From assembly GCA_963745235.1 (NCBI GenBank), contig CAVUXE010000051.1, positions 1-10,488 on the forward strand: DNA of 10,488 bases. Direction: 5' to 3'. Shown piece by piece: positions 1 through 7,229 of this stretch; position 1 is the first letter of the stretch; every line of letters starts with the position of its first letter. Both the position numbers and the translations under genes were made by a program. The stretch comes from an uncultured Spirochaetota bacterium. GTDB taxonomy: Bacteria; Spirochaetota; Spirochaetia; SZUA-6; Fen-1364. Under the pieces are notes generated by a model. That model did not search any database and had not been told where the DNA came from. It saw only the letters and a program-made list of their open reading frames with translations.

Positions 1-124
1 TGCCTGCGGAGCAATCAACTTCGAGATTTGCGAAGTGGCATTTTCGACTATTTCAGAAACGAAAAAAGTTCGTCGAAGGGTTATGGAATCTGCACTTTCC
101 TGGATTCTATGACAAAGGTAATGC

Positions 125-319
125 ATGAAAAAAAGCAGCATCTATGTCCCTCACACGCTTCGCAATGTCATCAAGTCCAGGAGTGCCATCAAAGGGTTGT
201 TTGGCTATCAATACTTGGCGGCTTTGGTGATAGGCGACATCGAGAAAGACGAACAGAAAATGTCTTCCCTGCGATCCACAAGCATCCCGCAGCCGAAAGA
301 GCCGGAGCAACACTCGTGA
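125..319 (+). CDS. Small DNA-binding protein, probable ribbon-helix-helix (CopG/Arc/MetJ-like) regulator
   Basis: 64 aa. It has an alternating strand (KSSIYVP), a helix (TLRNVIKSRSAIK), a Gly turn and a second helix (YQYLAALVIGDIE), which is the RHH pattern. AAGG lies upstream of the ATG, and the stop overlaps the next start (GTGA, 316-319). Confidence 0.5.
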   Translation: MKKSSIYVPHTLRNVIKSRSAIKGLFGYQYLAALVIGDIEKDEQKMSSLRSTSIPQPKEPEQHS

Positions 320-555
320 AAACCCTGACCGCTGACGAATACGCCGAGTTGCAGCGGCGGGGCATTACCTGTGCTTCCTGCTACACCTACCAGAAAAAAT
401 GGAACTCGCTGCAGGGCTGCGAGTTCTGGAACGAGGGAGACAAGACCGAGACCTGGGGTGAGGCGGCAGCCAGGGCGAAGACACGAGCGATCTGCCACCG
501 CTTTTGCTGCCCTCGACTGGCGGCTCACTCACCCGCTTGGCTCATCACGAGGTAA
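316..555 (+). CDS. Small Cys-rich hypothetical protein (79 aa)
   Basis: 3' part of track ORF 28..555. GTG at 316 has GGAG 8 nt upstream and overlaps the previous stop. Contains CASC, a lone Cys and CHRFCC. Confidence 0.6.
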   Translation: MKTLTADEYAELQRRGITCASCYTYQKKWNSLQGCEFWNEGDKTETWGEAAARAKTRAICHRFCCPRLAAHSPAWLITR

Positions 556-561
556 GGGCAG

Positions 562-786
562 ATGACGGCGAAAGAGTTCCTACACATCGACCCTAACAAA
601 ATCCCGCTCGATCAACTCCCCCTGATTGCTGAAATGATGCTGTGCGACATGGTGCCTTGTGGTCTCTGTGGTCGCCCCACCCCGATGCTCCATGACCCGC
701 ACTACTACGAGATAGGCGGATGTGAAACCTGTTCGGCTTGTGATGAAAAAATAGAATGGAACAGACAACAGCGGCGGCGGCACTGA
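562..786 (+). CDS. Small putative metal-binding protein (CxxC-x17-CxxCxxC), paralogue of 1170..1370
   Basis: ATG 6 nt after the previous stop, with GAGGT/AAGGG upstream. Ungapped hand alignment with 1170..1370 gives 23/60 identities, including 5 Cys. Confidence 0.75.
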   Translation: MTAKEFLHIDPNKIPLDQLPLIAEMMLCDMVPCGLCGRPTPMLHDPHYYEIGGCETCSACDEKIEWNRQQRRRH

Positions 787-812
787 CCCTTTCCTGAAAT
801 CGGGAAATGGTC
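785..812 (+). terminator. Stem-loop starting at the stop codon (possible terminator or processing site)
   Basis: GACC-C-TTTCCTG-aaat-CGGGAAA-T-GGTC is an imperfect hairpin. There is no strong U-tract. Confidence 0.35.
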
Positions 813-898
813 GCTTCGTCGTAGCAAAGATAAAATAGGAGGACACGCCAGGGAACAGAAGACCCACCCCACACGGGCGGGGCGAGGTCGATCTCAAT

Positions 899-1183
899 AT
901 GACGACCGATCAAACTTCATACTCGCCCCGCAATCTTTTCCCTTTGCATAGACACTCGATGACTGATGCAGAAACAGCGGAGAAACTCCTGTGCGGAGAG
1001 AACCAATGTCGATGCGGACGCTGGTTTGTACCGCCCGATCCTTGTGAGGTTGGCTGCCTCCAATGCTATTGGAGCGATGACGACCCTTGCCCGTATCAGC
1101 GTCTGTGCATTGATTGCGTCGCTCGCAAACGAAGGGATAGCCGTGGCAGAAGCAGAAAGCAAATGACATATGACCGACAATGA
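899..1183 (+). CDS. Small Cys-rich hypothetical protein (9 Cys; alternative start at 959)
   Basis: GAGGT upstream of ATG 899. Contains CRC, CLQC and CIDC with a basic C-terminal tail. Overlaps the next gene by 14 nt. Confidence 0.6.
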   Translation: MTTDQTSYSPRNLFPLHRHSMTDAETAEKLLCGENQCRCGRWFVPPDPCEVGCLQCYWSDDDPCPYQRLCIDCVARKRRDSRGRSRKQMTYDRQ

Positions 1184-1370
1184 GTTGTTGAACATCGACA
1201 GCAATATGCTGAATGGAGCAGAGCTAGCCGAGGTAAGCGAGGCACTCTTGCTCTTGATGATCCCTTGTCATTTTTGTGAAAAATGGACACCTCAAAGATT
1301 TGAGTTCGAGTTCTACCTCGAAGGTGGATGCGAGGTTTGCGACGATTGCGAAGCCCAGTTCAGGTGCTGA
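1170..1370 (+). CDS. Small putative metal-binding protein (CxxC-x17-CxxCxxC), paralogue of 562..786
   Basis: Shares MTxxExLxIDxN, MxPCxxC, TP and YxxGGCExCxxC with 562..786. Confidence 0.75.
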   Translation: MTDNELLNIDSNMLNGAELAEVSEALLLLMIPCHFCEKWTPQRFEFEFYLEGGCEVCDDCEAQFRC

Positions 1371-1372
1371 CC

Positions 1373-1403
1373 CTTTGCAGATTTCTGACAGGGGTCTGCA
1401 AAG
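1373..1403 (+). terminator. Stem-loop directly after the stop codon
   Basis: Perfect 9-bp inverted repeat CTTTGCAGA/TCTGCAAAG. TTTC/GGGG pairing (G-U) extends it around a TGACA loop. Confidence 0.45.
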
Positions 1404-1409
1404 ATAATC

Positions 1410-1547
1410 ATGATGTCGTGGATGCCAACCAACAAGCAACAACTACAACGCTTTCTGATCAAGATGGTCTTCGAGCAGCATCGGAGGTTCGGTCATATCG
1501 TCAAACTCCTGCAGGAGATCGCAGGGAAGACAGCGTGGGTCGAGTGA
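1410..1547 (+). CDS. Possible 45-aa peptide (MMSWMPTNKQQLQRFLIKMVFEQHRRFGHIVKLLQEIAGKTAWVE)
   Basis: Translated by hand (below the ORF-track cut-off). Same orientation as the cluster and amphipathic-helix-like, but no clear SD. Confidence 0.3.
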   Translation: MMSWMPTNKQQLQRFLIKMVFEQHRRFGHIVKLLQEIAGKTAWVE

Positions 1548-1868
1548 TGAGTACGGGCTATTGAATCCGAATCCAGTGTCGGTGATGGTAGGCAACGGGA
1601 TCGTCGATAAGTGAATGGAAATCACTTTCTAGTCGTTCTTGACTTCGCCCGGCGCACACCTCGCCGTATGCATGGCAGACACCTTCCCACACTCCACACG
1701 AACAAGAAGTTATCTTTTCAAGACGATGACCCCGATAGAGTACGTCCCAGAGATAGTGTCGCTGGCGTGCGTGGTTCCTCTTTTGTCGCCACAACCCCAA
1801 CTTGGTTCTGATGCTCATGATGATCTTTGTGGCGCTCGATAAAGACCTTTTCGCTCGAAAGAAAGCCC

Positions 1869-2411
1869 TCAAAAAAGTCCCCGAATGCCCAAGTTGGTGT
1901 TAGAACATCGCCTACCCTCCGCCAAAGTCAGCAATACCCTGTCTCCGATGACCGGTGGGCGATAATCAGCACCCTCCGAGACCTTTTTGAGTGCCTTCTG
2001 TGCTTTTTGCCAGATTTCTCGACTAGCAATCGGCTCGTAGTGCTTGGACTGAATCAGTCGCCCGTTCTTGCCCAGAATCAAACCGGCATATACGGGCTTC
2101 ATCGCCATCGCCTTGATCTCGTCCGAGGTGAAGCGATTGCCAGATCGGTTGCGGATGCCCCGCTTATCCAAGTCCTGCTTGATCCCGTCAAGCGTCTTGC
2201 CCATTGCGAGAAGCCCAAAGGCGATTCTAATGACCTTTGCCTCATCAGGTACGACCTCTACTCCGTCAAGCGTTTGGCGGTAGCCGTAAATTCTTGGGTA
2301 TTTGACTTCGCCGCTGTTGCGATAGCGATCAACAGCCCGCTGCGTCCTTCGTGCGACGGACGCTTCCTTCCATCGAGATTGAAAGTGCTTGGCAAGGTCG
2401 CTGAATTTCAT
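1869..2411 (-). CDS. Recombinase-family protein (large serine recombinase DNA-binding domain only, no catalytic domain)
   Basis: Typical Recombinase-domain motifs: RIYGYR, VPDEAKVIRIAF, IKQDLDKRGIRNRSGNRFT, MKPVYAG, HYEPIASREIWQKAQ. No YxRxS catalytic motif and no zinc ribbon. Confidence 0.85.
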   Translation of the reverse strand: MKFSDLAKHFQSRWKEASVARRTQRAVDRYRNSGEVKYPRIYGYRQTLDGVEVVPDEAKVIRIAFGLLAMGKTLDGIKQDLDKRGIRNRSGNRFTSDEIKAMAMKPVYAGLILGKNGRLIQSKHYEPIASREIWQKAQKALKKVSEGADYRPPVIGDRVLLTLAEGRRCSNTNLGIRGLF

Positions 2412-2450
2412 ATATTTATCTTGTCGGCCCAGACGTGATTGTGATTGGTT

Positions 2451-2479
2451 TTCCGAAAGTCCCTCGCTCGTGCTACTAT
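2451..2479 (+). promoter_or_regulatory. Putative sigma70-type extended -10 promoter
   Basis: TTCCGA (2451-2456), 17-nt spacer, TG-c-TACTAT (-10 at 2474-2479). The ATG at 2487 is at the expected +1 position. Confidence 0.45.
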
Positions 2480-2486
2480 AGGTCTG

Positions 2487-2912
2487 ATGAGTTGTGTGTC
2501 CCTTACCGGACTTTCAAGCAGCGACCGACGCAAGAGATACTACGACGCCCATCGAAGATTCGTGAGCAAATTCTGGCGGAACCTCAAGAAAGCCCTTCTC
2601 CCTGATGAACCGCAAGAATCAATCTCTCTTGCTGATTTGGACAAGAAGCGTCGTCAGATGGATGCTCTGGACGAGCAGCGTCGTCAAAGCGAAATCAAGG
2701 AGGACTTGACTCCCCGTGAGGAGAGAGAGATTGAAGAAAGAGAGGAGGCAAGAAGGCATCCACTCTGTCCTCCCACGATTCTTCGTTCGATGGGAGATCA
2801 GGGAGACACGAGGAGATTTTGCCCCCGTTGCCATAACTACTTTGAGGGTGCGGGAGTTTTGGTTGAAGGGGAGGTGGTTTGCGACAAATGCGCCCGAATG
2901 GGGCGGTTGTAG
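2487..2912 (+). CDS. Hypothetical protein with charged helical region and C-terminal CxxC-x16-CxxC zinc ribbon
   Basis: Track ORF 2445..2912, with ATG 2487 preferred because of promoter position. Contains CPRC...CDKC and an E/R/K-rich middle. Converges on hsdR with a 22-nt gap. Confidence 0.7.
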   Translation: MSCVSLTGLSSSDRRKRYYDAHRRFVSKFWRNLKKALLPDEPQESISLADLDKKRRQMDALDEQRRQSEIKEDLTPREEREIEEREEARRHPLCPPTILRSMGDQGDTRRFCPRCHNYFEGAGVLVEGEVVCDKCARMGRL

Positions 2913-2934
2913 GAGCGGATGACAAGAGGAATCG

Positions 2935-5916
2935 CTATGCCATGACTCCCATCTCTTTTCGGACTTTCTCATAGACCTGTTTCAACAGAAATGCATACAC
3001 GACTTTTTGGAACTCTTCATCATTGAGAAAGCGGGCTGCTATTGCCTCGTTCTGCTCCATCCGATCCACAAACAGGTCTTCAATCCTCTTCTTGAAAATG
3101 AACGAGAAGTTATCAATCGTGTTCGCAGCAGCCGCCTCCCGTACCTGCTGATCTCGCATGGCGTCTTCTCTGACGGATTCGATGAATAACTCGTCCGCTG
3201 GTGTGAAGTCGGTCTTGAACTTCTCATTCAGGATTTCAATGATCTTGGACAACTCCTCCTTCACGGCTTCCGCCTCTTCGGTTCCCACCTCAACCGGACC
3301 ATCGACGCTGCCGCCCTTTCCCTTCGCCAGTGCGATAGACCCCTCTGAAATCTTTTGGAGTCGGTAGTATTGAAGAGCGACATCCCCTTCGATGTCATAG
3401 ATGGGCGATTGTTCTCTCTTCGGCAACTTGGTCAAGAGGAATCGGATGTAGGTATAGAGTTTCTCAAGGTCAGAGTCCTGGAAGGGAATGATCTGGGACA
3501 GGAAAGCGTAAAGATTCCTGAAGGAATGAGGGCTTTCCTTATCTCTTCCTTTTCCTCGTCGGTCTTCTGCACGAATCTGCCAATCGCCACATCGAGTATC
3601 CTATTCATATTGGCGTGGTCATTAGCGCTTGCGTTCTTGCGACCAGCAAAGAAGAACCGAGCAAACTCTTCGACCTCCTGCGGGTAATAGACCTGGTAGG
3701 ATGCAAGTTTGGACTGAATCTCATAGAGTTTCTTGTAATCGACCCGCTCTCCGACAATCGTCTTCTCGTAATAGGGCTGGAACGCTTCCTGGATTTCTTC
3801 TGGCTCATTCACGAAGTCGAGAACAAATGTGTCCTCTTTGCCAGGGCAAATGCGATTGAGGCGGGAGAGCGTCTGGATCGCCTGGATGCCCGCCAATCTC
3901 TTGTCAATGTACATCGAGTGGAGCAGCGGCTGGTCAAACCCCGTCTGGTATTTCTCCGCCACTATCAACACGCAGTAGTCGGGCAGGGCAAACTTTTCGG
4001 GAAGTTCCTTTTCACCGAAATGGTTGAATCCAACTTCTGTGTATTGAGCAACGCCATCACTCACGGTTCCAGAGAAGGCAACCAGAGTGCGGATGTCGCT
4101 GTATCCCTTCGCCTTGATGTAGTCGTCGAACGACATCTTGTAGCGCACAGCGTGGAGCCGACTTCGGGCGACCACCATCGCCTTCGCCAGTCCTCCGATC
4201 TTGTGTTTGGAGTGATTGCGAAAATGCTCGATGATCACTTCTGTCTTCTGGGCGATGTTGTGCGGATGGAGCGAGACGAAGCGGGCGAGGGCTACCGCTG
4301 CCTTGCGTTTGTCCAGTTCGGGATCATCCTCGATGGATTTCACAATCGGTAGTAGGTCTTGTAGGTGGTGTAGTGTTCCAGCACATCGAGGATGAACCCT
4401 TCCTCGATTGCTTGCCGCATCGAATAGAGGTGAAACGGCTCCGGCGATCCATCCGCACCAGGTCGTCCGAAAGATCTCCAGCGTCTTGTATTTGGGAGTG
4501 GCGGTGAAGGCGAAGAAGGAGAGTTGGGCTGCCGACCTCTCTTGCCCATCGCCTTGATGATTTCTTCTTCCTGGTCAGATCGGGTGCTTGGCTCGTCCTC
4601 TTCATCGGAGCCGACAGCGGAGAGTACGCCCTTCATCTCGGCGGCGGTCTCTCCACCCATTGAAGAGTGTGCCTCATCGACGATGACTGCGTATCTCCTG
4701 GAGTGAATGTCGCCGCCAACCTTGTCGATGACGAAGGGGAACTTTTGTAGCGTCGTTATGATGATGGGTGTGCCGGTCGTGAGTGCTTCTGCGAGTTGTG
4801 AGGAATCAATGTCGATCTTGAGGACAACGCCCGCCTTATGCTCGAACTGGTAGATGGTATTCTGCAGTTGTTGGTCAAGGACGACCCGATCCGTGATGAC
4901 CACAACCGAGGAGAAGACCTTCTCGTCTTTGGCATCGTGCAGAGAGGCAAGGCGATGAGCGAGCCAGGCAATGCTGTTGGACTTGCCCGATCCCGCCGAG
5001 TGTTGGACGAGATAGTTATGTCCGGCTCCTTCGATCTTTGCCGTTTGGACGAGTTCTCTCACGCATTCAAGTTGATGGTAGCGGGGGAAGACCATCGCCT
5101 CCTTCTTGATGACCTTGTTGCCGATCTTCTTCTCTTCGACCTGGATGTGAAGGAAGCGGGCAACGATCTCAATCAAGGAATCACGAGTGAAAACCTCTTC
5201 CCACAGGTAAGCGGTTTTGTAGCCATTGGGATTGTCGGGGTTCCCCGCTCCATTGTCTCGACCCTTGTTGAATGGCAGGAACGAGGTGTTCGCCCCTGCA
5301 AGCTTGGTCGTCATGTATGCTTCGTCAGTATCAACGGCGAAATGAACCAAAGCCCGCTTCTTGAAGGCAAACAAGGTGTCGTTCGTGGTCTCGGTCTGAC
5401 TTGTATTGATGGACAGCGTTTCGCCAGGTCTGCCCAGTCATCGGATTCTTCAGTTCAAGCGTGGCGACTGGAATCCCATTGATGGTCAGGACTATATCAA
5501 CACTCTGCTCGTGTTTGGTGCTGAAGTGGGCTTGCCTCGTGATAGTCAGAATGTTGGCGTCATAGAGACGCTTGGTCTCTGGGTTCATTCCAGACGCCGG
5601 GGCGAAGTAGGCGGCGTGGATCAGTTTCCCATAGCACTTGAAGCCGTGGCGAAGGACATCGAGGCAGCCCTCGTGTTCGGAGTTCAGCGCCCGCACCAGG
5701 TCTTCGATCAGGATCGCGCGCTGTGTTGTTCTTGTGAATGTTGAAGAGATAGTCCCACTCCTTCGGTTGCGTCGCCTTGATGAAGTCGATAAAGACCTCG
5801 GTGTCGAGGCAGAGGTCTCGGTCGAACTGCATCTTGTCCCGCTTTATAAAACCGCCTTGCTCGGTGAGATAGATTTCAATCGCTGTCTCAAAGGCGGCTT
5901 CGTTGTATTTGCTCAT
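2935..5916 (-). CDS. hsdR: Type I restriction enzyme R subunit (about 6 frameshifts in this sequence)
   Basis: Nuclease motif DIVLTINGIPVATLELKN, Walker A HSAGSGKS, DEAH box, FAFTATPK (in a shifted frame) and QTLSRLNR. Fragments are 5560..5916, 5331..5696, 4340..5374, 3432..4343 and 2935..3435. The start overlaps the hsdS stop (ATGA). Confidence 0.95.
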
Positions 5917-7229
5917 TCACCTGTCCCAATCTTCATTGCCGAAATATCAATCTGACCTGAAACGGCGGCGGTAATGAGTGAGGAGCGATACTCTTGGAGT
6001 AGTTCTATGGATCGCTCTACCCTCCTCTTTTGGAGCCGCCCTTCCTTTTCCCGTGAATCCAAGAGTTCTGAAATCTCTATTTGGCTCTGCCGTGGCGGTA
6101 AGGGAAAGCGAAATCTGCGAAGTCGCTCGCCTGTAAGATGTTCTATCGTGCTGGTTGGGGAGTCGGCGGAAAAGACGCCCAGCTTTGCGAAGGCAACCAA
6201 GCAGTAGTAGAGGAAGTGCGGAATAGCATCGGTCGTTCTTGGTCGCAGTCGATGAAGTGCCTTTTGGAAATAGCATTCCTCGATCTCCCCATTCCAGATG
6301 GCTGCTTTTCCTATTTCGCCGCCTTCGCAGACCAACAAGTCGCCGACTCGGAGTCGAAGTGCGTTGCGCTGGTGCGGCAAAATGTCCATTTGAGGCAAGT
6401 CATTCGTATTTATTTTGCCCCACCCTACATCGACATTACGCAGGTAAGGGACGAGGTACTCCCCAGTTATTTGTTTAGTATCCAGCATTTTGCCAAGTTG
6501 AAGTTCATAGCAGGCGTATAAAGGTGCTACATCCCAGTCAGCCGGTATCTCCCCGATCCACTCTGCACCTGAATCCTTCATCCGGGCTTTCGGGTTCAAC
6601 CCCTTCGTGATCGCACGGGTAATGATGGCGAGGCGTTTCTCTTCAAGTAGTTCGATCTGACGCCTCTTCTTGGAGATGAGAGCGTCGATACGGGCGGTTT
6701 CGGCGGCAAGGAAAGAAGCGATCTTTTCTTGTATCGGCAGCGGAGGGAAGAGGATTGGGATTGAAAGGAAGACCTCTGGATATAGTCGCCACCGAGAGGG
6801 AATCACTCCGTACGAGAAGAGACGAAAAATGTCAACATACAAATCAGACCGAAGCAGGTAGTGGAAATAAGACGGGCATCCCTTCTTGAACGGGAAAACG
6901 GCATAAGCCGGACTGACGATTCCATCGTGCGGGCTTACTCCAAGCCCTCTCTTCCACGCCAACATGATGTTCATTACGAGATCGGTCTTCCCGACGATCT
7001 TGTATCCTTCAAGTGTGTCCGCTCTCGTGATGAACTCACCATCCTCCGCAATGTCGGCTCGTCGGCTTATTCCCGAATACTCCGAGACTGAAAGCAAGTC
7101 CTCTTCACCAGCGGCAGATGCCTCTTTTCGCTCCTCGAAGATTGTTTTGGCGGGAAGAAAGCGCCATCCGACGGGTATCCCTGAAGCCCAACCCATTGAA
7201 AAAACTATGTCTTTGATTCCATTCGACAC
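5913..7229 (-). CDS. hsdS: Type I restriction-modification specificity subunit S
   Basis: Intact 438 aa with two TRDs and conserved regions PPLPIQEKIASFL...ITKGLNP..MKDSGAEWIGEIP and PLPP..Q..I...LQEYRSSLITAAVSGQID. Lies between hsdM and hsdR. Confidence 0.95.
   Translation of the reverse strand: MSNGIKDIVFSMGWASGIPVGWRFLPAKTIFEERKEASAAGEEDLLSVSEYSGISRRADIAEDGEFITRADTLEGYKIVGKTDLVMNIMLAWKRGLGVSPHDGIVSPAYAVFPFKKGCPSYFHYLLRSDLYVDIFRLFSYGVIPSRWRLYPEVFLSIPILFPPLPIQEKIASFLAAETARIDALISKKRRQIELLEEKRLAIITRAITKGLNPKARMKDSGAEWIGEIPADWDVAPLYACYELQLGKMLDTKQITGEYLVPYLRNVDVGWGKINTNDLPQMDILPHQRNALRLRVGDLLVCEGGEIGKAAIWNGEIEECYFQKALHRLRPRTTDAIPHFLYYCLVAFAKLGVFSADSPTSTIEHLTGERLRRFRFPLPPRQSQIEISELLDSREKEGRLQKRRVERSIELLQEYRSSLITAAVSGQIDISAMKIGTGE

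Noticed and set aside
28-315. N-terminal extension of track ORF 28..555
   Set aside because: TTG start without SD, overlaps the better ORF 125..319, and GTG 316 has an SD and a coupled stop.
783-1407. Integron cassette array or CRISPR interpretation of the repeats
   Set aside because: No RYYYAAC/GTTRRRY ends, no integron integrase, and no regularly spaced repeats or cas genes.
1827-2438. 203-aa plus-strand ORF
   Set aside because: Antisense shadow of the recombinase-domain gene with no recognisable motifs.
5913-7229. Phase-variable hsdS shuffling locus (inverton)
   Set aside because: Only one hsdS with no silent TRD copies or flanking inverted repeats seen, and the nearby recombinase-domain protein lacks a catalytic domain.
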